DNA from: Clostridium sp. CAG:609 | Lineage (GTDB): Bacteria; Bacillota_I; Bacilli_A; RF39; UBA660 | DNA length: 64,000 bases | Assembly: GCA_000438075.1 (NCBI GenBank) | Contig: FR903536.1 | Span: 30,937-94,936, forward strand | Direction: 5' to 3' | Shown: positions 39,991 to 49,285 of the stretch, piece by piece | Numbering within the stretch: position 1 is the stretch's first letter | Layout of the letters: every line of letters starts with the position of its first letter | Translations under genes and position numbers: made by a program | The notes under the pieces: generated by a model | The model's database searches: none | Told to the model about the DNA's origin: nothing | What the model saw: only the letters and a program-made list of their open reading frames with translations

Positions 39991-41535
39991 CTAAAGTCCA
40001 ACACCTGCACCTATTCCAAGTGGAAACTTAATAATATACCAAATAACAATAAATGCTAAATATACAACTGCTGTAATAATTGCATATGGCAATTGATATT
40101 TAATAGCTTCCCAAATAGTAATAGGTTTATTACTTTGATTATAATTTTCTAAATATGCTAAATAAATTATAAAATATGCATATACTGGAGTAAGTCCTAA
40201 AGCAACAGAACTTCCTAATCTAAAAGTTAATTGACTAAATAATGGATTAATACCCACATTCATAAGTCTAGGGATAACTCCTGATACAATATTATAACTA
40301 AATAATATATTTGGTTGAAACAATGACATAACAACTGCAAATACAAACAACATAATAATAAGTGGTAATCCAGCAAAACTTGAATTTTGCATTACATTTG
40401 TTAAAGCTCCAACTAATACATTACCTATATTTGATTGTTTAAATATATTAATAAATGCACTAGCAGCAAATATCATAACTAATACTTTACCAATTCCATT
40501 TAATGAATAACCTAAAGCATCAATAAACTCTTTATTATTCTTTATAGTTTTAGCACCAATTCCATATGATAAACCTAAAATCACAAAGAAAACTGCAACT
40601 ACAAAGACAAAACCATTACTAAAAAATGAATTATAACTAAATAATTTATCTATGTATAGACTTTGACTATAATCAAGTAAATTTCCTGAAAAAGGAAGTC
40701 CAGGTATTATATTATAAATAAATATAAGCAAATAAATTAAACCAGCACCTAAAGAAAATAATAATCCTCTCATTTGTTTTCTAGTAAGTACTAATTCATC
40801 TTCCACACTTTCTTCTTCTAAAAATTCATACTTAGGTAACTTCTTAGCAACATAATTTTCTGTAATATTTGTTAATACAAAACTCATTATAATAATAAGC
40901 ATTATCATAACTATAATATATGACCAACTTGATGCACTAAATGTTTGATCAATTAAATGTGCATTTGTAAGTGTCATATTTAACATACTTGAATCATTAC
41001 TAGTAAAAAACAAACTAAGGGCATTACCACAAGTTAAGCTTGCAAATGATGCAATAATACCAATCAATGGGTTTCTTTTTCCATAAAGAAATAACAATGC
41101 CCCAAGAGGTACCATAATAATATATGATAAATCACCAATTAAACTTGCAATAATACATATAAATATTAATGCAAATGTAACAATATTTTTCTTAGCTTTT
41201 TTAGTCATCATTGTAATAATAGTTTTTAAAAACCCACTTTTAACCATTATACCAATACCAAGTAAAATAATAATTAAATTACTTAAAACTGCAAAATTAG
41301 CAAAGTTACTAACTGTGGTAGTAAAAATATATTTTAATCCACTTAAGCTAAATAATGATTTAACAGCTTCTGTTGTAACTTGAAAATCACCAGTGATAGT
41401 AGATATCTTATTAAACGTTGATTGAACATTAAAGAATCTAAGTACTCCACTTGCAATTATAGTAATAAAGCTTAAAACAAGAAGCATCATCACCGGATGT
41501 AATCCAATTTTTTCTTTAGTTCGAAGTTTTTTCAT
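39991..41535 (-). CDS. AbgT-family (p-aminobenzoyl-glutamate type) transporter
   Basis: 514-aa polytopic protein. The N-terminal GLHPVMMLL region resembles the AbgT signature. Confidence 0.65.
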   Translation of the reverse strand: MKKLRTKEKIGLHPVMMLLVLSFITIIASGVLRFFNVQSTFNKISTITGDFQVTTEAVKSLFSLSGLKYIFTTTVSNFANFAVLSNLIIILLGIGIMVKSGFLKTIITMMTKKAKKNIVTFALIFICIIASLIGDLSYIIMVPLGALLFLYGKRNPLIGIIASFASLTCGNALSLFFTSNDSSMLNMTLTNAHLIDQTFSASSWSYIIVMIMLIIIMSFVLTNITENYVAKKLPKYEFLEEESVEDELVLTRKQMRGLLFSLGAGLIYLLIFIYNIIPGLPFSGNLLDYSQSLYIDKLFSYNSFFSNGFVFVVAVFFVILGLSYGIGAKTIKNNKEFIDALGYSLNGIGKVLVMIFAASAFINIFKQSNIGNVLVGALTNVMQNSSFAGLPLIIMLFVFAVVMSLFQPNILFSYNIVSGVIPRLMNVGINPLFSQLTFRLGSSVALGLTPVYAYFIIYLAYLENYNQSNKPITIWEAIKYQLPYAIITAVVYLAFIVIWYIIKFPLGIGAGVGL

Positions 41536-41716
41536 TCACTATCACCTTTTTTAACTTTTTCATAAATTCTAATCTATCCATCATGATTTCTCTACCACAA
41601 TTTTTACATTTAATTTTGATATCAGCACCATTTCTAGTTATTACCCATAAATTAGTGCCACATGCATGTTGCTTTTTCATTATGACATCATCATTTAAAT
41701 TAAAATCTTTATTCAT
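41516..41716 (-). CDS. DUF951 family protein (YyzM-like)
   Basis: NLNDDVIMKKQHACGTNLWVITRNGADIKIKCKNCGREIMMDRLEFMKKLKKV. Conserved neighbourhood between parB and ychF. Confidence 0.85.
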   Translation of the reverse strand: MNKDFNLNDDVIMKKQHACGTNLWVITRNGADIKIKCKNCGREIMMDRLEFMKKLKKVIVNEKTSN

Positions 41717-42601
41717 CTATTCTTCCTCAACTTTTACATTCATTTTAGATAGTATTTCTTCTAGCTCATTAACCCCATCAAAATATATTTCAATTTTCTT
41801 TTTACTAACTCTAACCTTAGTATCTAAATTATCCATTATTATATTTTCATACATACGATACTTATGGTCATATCCAGATTTTTTATTCTTAACAACTTCA
41901 ATTTTTTTCTTATCATCTTGAGTTATTTTTTCAAGTTCCCTCACTGATAGTTCATCAGTTATCACTTGCTTAGCAAGCCTTACAACCTTTTCTTCATCAT
42001 CAATCTTACTAAGTACTCTAGCATGAGACATGCTTAATGTTCTTTTTTCAACCATTTTTTTAACATCTTCAGGTAACTTCAAAAGACCAAGAATATTTGT
42101 TACATAAGTTCTACTTTTACCAAACTTATTTGCAAACTCATCTTGTGTATAACCTCTTAATTTAATGATATTACTAATACTTACAGCTTCATCGATTGGG
42201 TTTAAATCTTCTCTTTGAATATTTTCAATCAAAGCAATTTCCATCATTTGTTGATCATCAAAATCTTTAATAATCGCAGGTATAACTTTTAAACCAGCAA
42301 TTTTAGCAGCTTTTGTTCTTCTTTCCCCAGCTATAAGTTCATAACCTTTAATACTTTTCTTAACAATTACTGGTTGAACTACACCATATTCTTCTATTGA
42401 TTTAGCTAGTTCATTTAAAGTTTCAGTATCAAAAGTTCTTCTTGGTTGATAAGGATTACTCCTTATTTCATCAATATTAATTTCTGTTACATCTTTCTTA
42501 TTTTCTTCAACAACGGTATCTTCAAAATTTTCAAAGTCAATTACATTGTTAGAAAATAATTGTTCAAGTCCTTTACCTAACGCTTTTTTCTTAGTTTCCA
42601 T
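41717..42601 (-). CDS. parB: chromosome partitioning protein ParB/Spo0J
   Basis: NPYQPRR, IAGERRTKAAKIAGL, and an HTH region YTQDEFANKFGKSRTYVTN. Confidence 0.95.
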   Translation of the reverse strand: METKKKALGKGLEQLFSNNVIDFENFEDTVVEENKKDVTEINIDEIRSNPYQPRRTFDTETLNELAKSIEEYGVVQPVIVKKSIKGYELIAGERRTKAAKIAGLKVIPAIIKDFDDQQMMEIALIENIQREDLNPIDEAVSISNIIKLRGYTQDEFANKFGKSRTYVTNILGLLKLPEDVKKMVEKRTLSMSHARVLSKIDDEEKVVRLAKQVITDELSVRELEKITQDDKKKIEVVKNKKSGYDHKYRMYENIIMDNLDTKVRVSKKKIEIYFDGVNELEEILSKMNVKVEEE

Positions 42602-43376
42602 CTCTACTAACCACTTCCTTTGCTAAATTAGCATAAGCTTCCGTAGCTCTACTTAAAGGATCATATTCATTTATTGGTTTACCATGGCTCGGAGCCTCTA
42701 CTAATCTTACTAATCTAGGTATTATTGTATTAAATACTTTATCTTTAAAATATTTTCTTATTTCTTCAATTACTTCAAGACCGATATTTGTTCTTCCATC
42801 AAGCATTGTTAAAAGTACTCCTTCAATTCTAAGATTTGGATTCATACTTCCTTGAACCATTATAATACTATTCAAAAGTTGTGTAATACCTTCTAATGCA
42901 AAGAATTCACATTGAACAGGAATAATTACACTATCACTAGCAACTAATGCATTCATAGTACCAAGACCTAAAGATGGTTGACAATCAATTATTATGTAAT
43001 CATAATTATCTTTAATTTCATCTAATTTTAATTTTAATTGCATATTTTGACTAAATTCTTTATCTTCAAGCATTCTTTTAACAAATTCAACATCAACACC
43101 AGCTAAATTAATAGTGGATGGAATTATACTAAGATTATGAAATTTAGTTTTCTTTATTGCCTTTTTAACTTCACATTTACCAGTAATTAATTCATATACA
43201 TCATTTTTAAAATCATTAGAGGTCAAACCCAACCCAGTTGTTGCATTACTTTGAGGGTCCATATCTATTAATAATACACGTTTACCCATTTTACCTAATG
43301 CAGCAGACAAATTTATACTAGTGGTAGTCTTTCCAACTCCACCCTTTTGATTAACAAGTGATATAATTTTAGCCAT
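42591..43376 (-). CDS. parA: chromosome partitioning ATPase ParA/Soj
   Basis: Deviant Walker A NQKGGVGKTT. Start set at MAKIISLV (43376). Confidence 0.95.
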   Translation of the reverse strand: MAKIISLVNQKGGVGKTTTSINLSAALGKMGKRVLLIDMDPQSNATTGLGLTSNDFKNDVYELITGKCEVKKAIKKTKFHNLSIIPSTINLAGVDVEFVKRMLEDKEFSQNMQLKLKLDEIKDNYDYIIIDCQPSLGLGTMNALVASDSVIIPVQCEFFALEGITQLLNSIIMVQGSMNPNLRIEGVLLTMLDGRTNIGLEVIEEIRKYFKDKVFNTIIPRLVRLVEAPSHGKPINEYDPLSRATEAYANLAKEVVSRDGN

Positions 43377-43461
43377 AACAAGCACTTCCATTCTATACAA
43401 CTTACGTACTACTTTATTTTATCAAATTATTAATTACTTGTCTATGATTTTAGAACAAAAT

Positions 43462-43493
43462 TATAAAAAGAAAGTATAACAACTATACTTTCT
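43462..43493 (-). terminator. intrinsic terminator downstream of the 43549 gene
   Basis: Minus strand 10-bp stem AGAAAGUAUA-GUUGU-UAUACUUUCU followed by UUUUAU. Confidence 0.75.
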
Positions 43494-43495
43494 TA

Positions 43496-43557
43496 TCACA
43501 TCCCGCGTGGGGCGGAAACTTCAGCCAGCCACGCTAAACCAAAGGTTCTCACATCCC
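43496..43557. repeat. 9-nt direct repeat (TCACATCCC) flanking a 44-nt GC-rich segment at the stop codon of the 43549 gene
   Basis: Copies at 43496-43504 and 43549-43557. The intervening 43505-43548 (gcgtggggcggaaacttcagccagccacgctaaaccaaaggttc) contains a GCGTGG...CCACGC stem and is far more GC-rich than its surroundings. Confidence 0.7.
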
Positions 43558-44679
43558 TATAATATATGGATGATCTAATGTTCCTTCTCCGTCATAAACA
43601 AAGACAGATGAGTTTAGATACACAACAGGACGATTACCATTCCCATTTAGTGTACCAACACTATACAAGGTGCCAACAAAGTTTGTAATAAATACACTGT
43701 CACCATTTAAAGAATTCGGTGTGATTGTCCATATATGTCCTTTTCCATACAGCCAACTTTGTCTAGCACATAAACCATATGAGTCTAAATTAGTTGTTCT
43801 TTTACAACTACTCGATAATACACTATAACCATAATCGCTTGGATACATTAACCCTATATATCCAGTAGTGGTTGTTGGTCTTCCACTATACACTGTTGTG
43901 CCTCTCTCGCACTCATAATACGTTTCAGTTATTGCATCAACACTTGAACAACCTCCCAGAAACCACGTAACATTTGCTATCATCTTCCTATAATAAGGTT
44001 GTATTCCTCTTTTAGTGTAATCACAATTAGCTCCAATTGTTGTACCATTACCATAGCAGTAACCAGAGCTAGTTCCATCTTGATCATTATAATAAACACC
44101 ATTAAGAAGTAAATTTAAACTTGCTGTTGTCCAATCGTTAGTTTTTGATTTATCCCACGCTAGCCCATCCAAAACATCATCACGTATTATTTTTACTAAA
44201 TTCTTATCATTTTGACCATGTGATGCACTATCAAATACTCCAATTATTCTCCAATATTCATTATTAAACCACACATAATTATTTGGATTTTTTCCTTCAT
44301 ATCTAAATCCATTTTCATTTACAACTTGTCCCGTTCCTTGTGTTGTTCCTGTTAATCCTATAATGTAATCATTTAAATATGTTTTCGTTATTGTTTCAAA
44401 CTTAATATCACATGATACATCACCATTTATATTTTCTATTATTAATTTCCAATCATCATATAGCCATTTCCCATTTGCTCCATCACATGATACATTCACT
44501 ATATATAATCCTTTAGATGGAAAAGATGTTATACTTTTTCCATCTAAAGATAAAGCATACAATATCCCATCTTTTTTAAATGTATGTTTATTATTAGTGT
44601 TATTATTTAAAATAATTACAATAATTAATAATATTATTAATACAATTTCTATACTTACTATTCTAATTCTTTTTTGCAT
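43549..44679 (-). CDS. membrane-anchored surface protein, paralogue A
   Basis: N-terminal TM helix IVSIEIVLIILLIIVIIL, a Cys-bracketed beta-rich module, and a conserved domain RYEGKNPNNYVWFNNEYWRIIGVFDSASHGQ...GYIGLMYPSDYGYSVL...RPVVYLN...GEGTLDHPYIIGM. Confidence 0.7.
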   Translation of the reverse strand: MQKRIRIVSIEIVLIILLIIVIILNNNTNNKHTFKKDGILYALSLDGKSITSFPSKGLYIVNVSCDGANGKWLYDDWKLIIENINGDVSCDIKFETITKTYLNDYIIGLTGTTQGTGQVVNENGFRYEGKNPNNYVWFNNEYWRIIGVFDSASHGQNDKNLVKIIRDDVLDGLAWDKSKTNDWTTASLNLLLNGVYYNDQDGTSSGYCYGNGTTIGANCDYTKRGIQPYYRKMIANVTWFLGGCSSVDAITETYYECERGTTVYSGRPTTTTGYIGLMYPSDYGYSVLSSSCKRTTNLDSYGLCARQSWLYGKGHIWTITPNSLNGDSVFITNFVGTLYSVGTLNGNGNRPVVYLNSSVFVYDGEGTLDHPYIIGM

Positions 44680-44844
44680 AAAACCTCCAACAATTCTACT
44701 AATTTAACTTAAAAAATTTATGACTTTCTATTTTAATACTTATATTAACTAATTAAATATCACAAAAGCTGTATAATAAAATCTGTAAAGAATAAATTTG
44801 CATTCTATATTTTGTGATGAAAAAAGAAGTAAAATCAAATGCAA

Positions 44845-46218
44845 TTACATACCTATGGTATATGGATCATTTAATGTACCATCTCCATCTATTATATACA
44901 CAGAATCATTTAAATACAAAACTGGACGACTACCACTTCCATTTATTGCACTAGTGAAACCTGGGTAACCACTGGTACTCATAATGAACACACTGCTGCT
45001 ACTTGAAGAAATTGGTGTAATCATCCATTCATCGCCTTTACCATATAGCCAACTTCGACCTGCACACGAAGAAATATTATAAGAACTTAAATTTGTTCTT
45101 CTTGAACACCCATTTGCTAATACACTATATCCATAATCACTTGGATACATTAATCCTATATATCCTGTTGCACTTGTTGGTCTTCCACTATATACTTCTG
45201 TTCCTCTTTCATATTCGTAAAATTTCTCAGCTGTAGCATCACTGTTTGAATAGCCTCCTAAATACCATGTTACACTTGCTATCATATTTCTATATCCAAC
45301 CTGTATTCCTCGTTTTGTATAATTACAATTAGCTATAACAGATGTATTAAATCCATAGCAATATCCAGAACTTGTCCCATCTTGAGCATTATAGTAAGCA
45401 CTATTAAGAAGTAAATTTAAAATAGCTACTGTCCAATTATTATTATTGTGCCATACTAATCCGTCCAAGACATCATCACGTATTATTTTCACTAAATTCT
45501 TATTTGCTTGGCCATGTGACGCACTATCAAATACTCCAATTATCCTCCAATATTCATTATTAAACCATACGTAGTTATTTGGATTTTTCCCTTCGTATCG
45601 GTAACCTTTTTCATTTATTATTTTTCCATTTCCTTGAGTAGTTCCCGCTAAGCCTATAATATACGTTGCTAAATTTACTTTTGAGGAGCTATCAGTATAG
45701 TTTAGTGTACATGATGTATATTTACCATTTATTTGTGATACTTCAATTCTATTATATTGTTGATTATATGTTGTACTACTATTATCACAAATAATATTAC
45801 CTAACTTACCATATGTAGTTGGTAAGTTATTAACAGCAACACTAACATCCGGTGGAACTACATCAAAATATACATAGCATTTATCACTTATATTTGATTT
45901 TAAAGTAACTTTTTGTGTTTCTTCATTATAACTTAATGTCCCCCCATTTTCACATCCAGACTTAACACTATTAAATTCATAACCAGCCTCTGGAAATGTT
46001 CCAGATGTCGATATATTATAAACCCCTGAACCTCTTTTTGTCTCCAACATAATTGCTAACCCACTTAATGGTTCAATCTTCTTCTCTTTTATTTCACTTA
46101 ATAAATTATTTTCGTTAAAATTATTTTTGTATATGAATACAACAATGATTGTAAGAAATACAACAAAACCACATAAAAATGTAAGTTTTTTTCTATTCAT
46201 CTTTGATTTTCTCACCAT
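44845..46218 (-). CDS. membrane-anchored surface protein, paralogue B
   Basis: Same architecture and identical peptides (RYEGKNPNNYVWFNNEYWRIIGVFDSASHGQ, KNLVKIIRDDVLDGL, GYIGLMYPSDYGYSVL), with a longer N-terminal extracellular region. Ends DPYTIGM. Confidence 0.7.
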   Translation of the reverse strand: MVRKSKMNRKKLTFLCGFVVFLTIIVVFIYKNNFNENNLLSEIKEKKIEPLSGLAIMLETKRGSGVYNISTSGTFPEAGYEFNSVKSGCENGGTLSYNEETQKVTLKSNISDKCYVYFDVVPPDVSVAVNNLPTTYGKLGNIICDNSSTTYNQQYNRIEVSQINGKYTSCTLNYTDSSSKVNLATYIIGLAGTTQGNGKIINEKGYRYEGKNPNNYVWFNNEYWRIIGVFDSASHGQANKNLVKIIRDDVLDGLVWHNNNNWTVAILNLLLNSAYYNAQDGTSSGYCYGFNTSVIANCNYTKRGIQVGYRNMIASVTWYLGGYSNSDATAEKFYEYERGTEVYSGRPTSATGYIGLMYPSDYGYSVLANGCSRRTNLSSYNISSCAGRSWLYGKGDEWMITPISSSSSSVFIMSTSGYPGFTSAINGSGSRPVLYLNDSVYIIDGDGTLNDPYTIGM

Positions 46219-46299
46219 CCTATATTATGATTATATCATAAACGCAACTCTTAGGCTATATAAAATTTATCAAATTTTGACGAAAATAGCGCCAAGGAG

Positions 46300-46554
46300 A
46301 TGGTACCTGTGATATTAACAACTAAATATATCCACACTGATGAACACTACTATGAAATTGTTAGAAAGAATATTAAGAAATACAGGCTAGAAAAAAAGTA
46401 TTCCCAACAAAATCTTGCAGATGTAGCAGGAATAACTAGACAATACATTACAGATATAGAAAATCCAAATAGAAATAAACATGTAACTATAGCTATACTT
46501 GGAAGAATAGCAGATGCCCTTCAAGTAGATATAACAAAATTTTTTATAGAATAG
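46300..46554 (+). CDS. small XRE-family HTH transcriptional regulator
   Basis: YSQQNLADVAGITRQYITDIENPNRNKHVTIAILGRIADAL is an HTH_3-type motif. The true start may be GTG at 46318, 9 nt after AAGGAG. Confidence 0.8.
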   Translation: MVPVILTTKYIHTDEHYYEIVRKNIKKYRLEKKYSQQNLADVAGITRQYITDIENPNRNKHVTIAILGRIADALQVDITKFFIE

Positions 46555-46600
46555 TAAAAAGTTGTTAGAATCATTTCTAACAACTTTTAATATAGAGATA

Positions 46601-46786
46601 TTAATTATCTATTGTTTTCCATTCAGTATTACCACACTTAGTACATATTCTAGGTGCTAATATTTTTTTACCTTTAGGAAGTTCCATATCTGTATCTATT
46701 TTACTACATAATAAACCAGATTCTGGATCAATGTATGCTACACCAAACTTAGCATCTTCACAACAATTACATTCTTTATCTTTCAT
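46601..46786 (-). CDS. small Cys-rich (zinc-ribbon-like) protein
   Basis: 61 aa starting from MKDKECNCCED and containing CTKCGN. GGAGGT RBS lies 7 nt upstream of ATG 46786. Confidence 0.5.
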   Translation of the reverse strand: MKDKECNCCEDAKFGVAYIDPESGLLCSKIDTDMELPKGKKILAPRICTKCGNTEWKTIDN

Positions 46787-46947
46787 TTCAATACCTCCAG
46801 TAATATTATGGATAAGTATTAAAATAATATACATAAATTATCATGCTTAAGAGTTTGTAATATACAATTTTGGCGAAAAGCGGACCCACTTTTACAATTC
46901 AATTAATAAAATTAACAATCATTCCGTCACTTTTTGAAAATTACCCT

Positions 46948-47016
46948 AAAGTTTTGCGGTTACAATCGCAAAACCTTCATTTTTCCAAAGTTTTGCGATT
47001 GTAACCGCAAAACTTT
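46948..47016. repeat. 30-bp near-perfect inverted repeat (9-nt spacer), each arm itself containing an 8-bp palindrome
   Basis: Arm A is 46948-46977 (aaagttttgcggttacaatcgcaaaacctt). Arm B, 46987-47016, is its reverse complement with 1 mismatch. Internal arms are GTTTTGCG-N8-CGCAAAAC. Confidence 0.9.
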
Positions 47017-47030
47017 TGTCTTTATTTAAA

Positions 47031-47063
47031 CAAAAAAACAACTAATCATATAGATTAATTGTT
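47031..47063 (-). terminator. intrinsic terminator after rplQ
   Basis: Minus strand 11-bp stem (1 mismatch) AACAAUUAAUC-UAUAU-GAUUAGUUGUU followed by UUUUUUUG. Confidence 0.7.
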
Positions 47064-47072
47064 TTAAATAAA

Positions 47073-47414
47073 TTAAACTAATTCCAATTTAACTTCTAGA
47101 GCATCGTCACCACGACGTTCTTTAAGTTTAATTATTCTAGTATATCCACCATTTCTAGTTTCATAAGTTTTAGCTAATTCATTGAATACTTTTGATACAA
47201 CTTCATTATCATTATGTAAGAAAGCTAAAGCTTTTCTACGAGCAACAAGTGAACCATCCTTACCATAAGTAATCATTCTATCAACGAATTTTCTTACTTC
47301 TTTAGCTCTAGCTTCAGTAGTAACAACATATCCATTCATAATTACATCTTTAGTAAGTCCAGCTAAAATACTTCTTCTAATTCTAGTTTCTCTTCCTAAT
47401 TTTCTATATTTCAT
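47073..47414 (-). CDS. rplQ: 50S ribosomal protein L17
   Basis: MKYRKLGRETRIRRSIL...GGYTRIIKLKERRGDDALEVKLELV. Confidence 0.96.
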   Translation of the reverse strand: MKYRKLGRETRIRRSILAGLTKDVIMNGYVVTTEARAKEVRKFVDRMITYGKDGSLVARRKALAFLHNDNEVVSKVFNELAKTYETRNGGYTRIIKLKERRGDDALEVKLELV

Positions 47415-47417
47415 ATT

Positions 47418-48362
47418 CTACTCCTTAAATGATAGTCCTAATTCTTCAACTTTATCAAGAACTTCTTTTAATGATTTCTTTCCTAAGTTTCTGATCTTAG
47501 TAACTTCTATTTCTTTTTTATTAACTAAATCTTGAACAGTATGAATACCAGCTCTTTTTAAACAGTTATAAGCTCTAACAGAGAACTCAACTTCTTCAAT
47601 TGGTGTTTCAAGAGTTTTAGTCATAGTATCAATTTTCTTTTCTTGCATTATATTTGCTATATTACTAATTGAATTTAAATCTGCGATAATATTGAAATGT
47701 TCAATTAATATCTTAGCTCCAAGTGCCATAGCTTCTTCTGGAGTCATAGATCCATCTGTAGTTATTTCCATATCTAACTTATCATAAGATTCATCTTGAC
47801 CAACACGAGTATCAAGTACTTCATACTTAACAACTTCAATTGGTGAATAATTTGAATCGATTGCAATAACACCAGCAACATTTTGTTCTAAATTAGCTTT
47901 ATTTTCAGCAGCTGGAGTAAATCCTCTACCATTATTAACATTCATTTCAATACTAATTTTTCCACCCTTAACTAAGTTACAAATAACTAAGTCAGGATTC
48001 ATAATTTCTATATCAGCATCTTTATCAATATCACCTGCAGTAACAGGTCCTTCTACTGATTTAGTTAATCTAATCTTCTTAGGTTCATTTGTATGATTCT
48101 TAACAACTAAGTTCTTAATATTAAGTACGATAGTTGTAACATCTTCTACAACACCTTCAATTTTTTGAAATTCATGAAGTACCCCATCAATCTTAATTGA
48201 TGTAACAGCACTACCAGGTAAACTTGAAAGAAGTACTCTTCTCATAGCATTTCCTATTGTAGTACCAAAACCTCTTTCTAATGGTTCAATTTCAAATTTA
48301 GCAAAATGATTGCTTTCTTGATATTCAGTAATTTTATAGTCTGGTTTTTCAAATTTTATCAT
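47418..48362 (-). CDS. rpoA: DNA-directed RNA polymerase subunit alpha
   Basis: IEPLERGFGTTIGNAMRRVLLSSLPG and a C-terminal domain with SVRAYNCLKRAGI. Confidence 0.97.
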   Translation of the reverse strand: MIKFEKPDYKITEYQESNHFAKFEIEPLERGFGTTIGNAMRRVLLSSLPGSAVTSIKIDGVLHEFQKIEGVVEDVTTIVLNIKNLVVKNHTNEPKKIRLTKSVEGPVTAGDIDKDADIEIMNPDLVICNLVKGGKISIEMNVNNGRGFTPAAENKANLEQNVAGVIAIDSNYSPIEVVKYEVLDTRVGQDESYDKLDMEITTDGSMTPEEAMALGAKILIEHFNIIADLNSISNIANIMQEKKIDTMTKTLETPIEEVEFSVRAYNCLKRAGIHTVQDLVNKKEIEVTKIRNLGKKSLKEVLDKVEELGLSFKE

Positions 48363-48380
48363 AACAGAATTCCTTTCTTA

Positions 48381-48764
48381 TTAGTTTCTTGGTCTCTTTG
48401 GTGGACGACATCCATTGTGTGGAATTGGTGTTTCATCAGTAATACTAGTAATTTCTAATCCTGCAGTTTGAAGTGATCTAATTGCATTTTCTCTTCCTGG
48501 TCCAAGTCCTTTTACAAATACATCAACTTTTTTAACACCAGCATCTACTGCAGCTTGAGCAGCAGCTTCACTAGTAAGTCCTGCAGCAAAAGGAGTCTTC
48601 TTTTTACTTCCTTTATAACCAATTCTACCAGCTGATGACCAACTAATAGCATTTCCATCTTTATCACTTATAGTAACGATTGTATTATTATAAGTTGAAT
48701 GAATATGAGCAACAGCTTCAGGTATATTCTTTTTTACTTTTCTTTTTCTTCTATTATATGCCAT
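48381..48764 (-). CDS. rpsK: 30S ribosomal protein S11
   Basis: [28 protein letters not shown]...[12 protein letters not shown]. Confidence 0.97.
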   Translation of the reverse strand: MAYNRRKRKVKKNIPEAVAHIHSTYNNTIVTISDKDGNAISWSSAGRIGYKGSKKKTPFAAGLTSEAAAQAAVDAGVKKVDVFVKGLGPGRENAIRSLQTAGLEITSITDETPIPHNGCRPPKRPRN

Positions 48765-48775
48765 AAATTAACACC

Positions 48776-49150
48776 CTACTTTCCTACTTTTTTCTTATTA
48801 GCTACAACTTTACCTCTACCTTTACGAGTCTTAGCATTTCTACTAGTTCTTTGTCCTCTTACAGGTAGACCTTTTTTGTGTCTAATACCTTCATAACAAT
48901 TAATTTCCATTTTGTTTTTGATACTCATTTGAACGTCACGTCTTAAGTCACCTTCAACAGTATACTTATCGATTTCTTTACGAAGTTTTGCAATTTCTTC
49001 TTCAGTTAAATCTTTAATTTTCTTAGTTGCATCAACATTTGCATCTTCACAAATAGTTTTTGCTAAATTTCTACCAATACCATAAATTGCAGTAAGTCCA
49101 ATACAAGTATGTTTTTCACCTGGTAATTCAATATTTTTAATTCTTGCCAT
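48776..49150 (-). CDS. rpsM: 30S ribosomal protein S13
   Basis: [14 protein letters not shown]...[15 protein letters not shown]. Confidence 0.97.
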   Translation of the reverse strand: MARIKNIELPGEKHTCIGLTAIYGIGRNLAKTICEDANVDATKKIKDLTEEEIAKLRKEIDKYTVEGDLRRDVQMSIKNKMEINCYEGIRHKKGLPVRGQRTSRNAKTRKGRGKVVANKKKVGK

Positions 49151-49159
49151 ATTTCCTCC

Positions 49160-49273
49160 TTAACCTTGTACTTGTTTATGTTTAGGATTTTCACAAATAA
49201 CCCTAATTTTACCTTTTCTTCTTATTATTTTACATTTTTTACAAATCTTTTTTACTGATGGTCTAACTTTCAT
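49160..49273 (-). CDS. rpmJ: 50S ribosomal protein L36
   Basis: Not in the ORF track (37 aa). Own translation: [37 protein letters not shown]. It lies between infA and rpsM, as expected. Confidence 0.93.
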   Translation of the reverse strand: MKVRPSVKKICKKCKIIRRKGKIRVICENPKHKQVQG

Positions 49274-49285
49274 AATTAACTCTCC

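Noticed and set aside
43497-43560. tRNA or tRNA fragment in the GC-rich segment
   Set aside because: It has no T-loop (GTTCRANYC) or D-loop signature, cannot form a cloverleaf, and is only 44 nt long.
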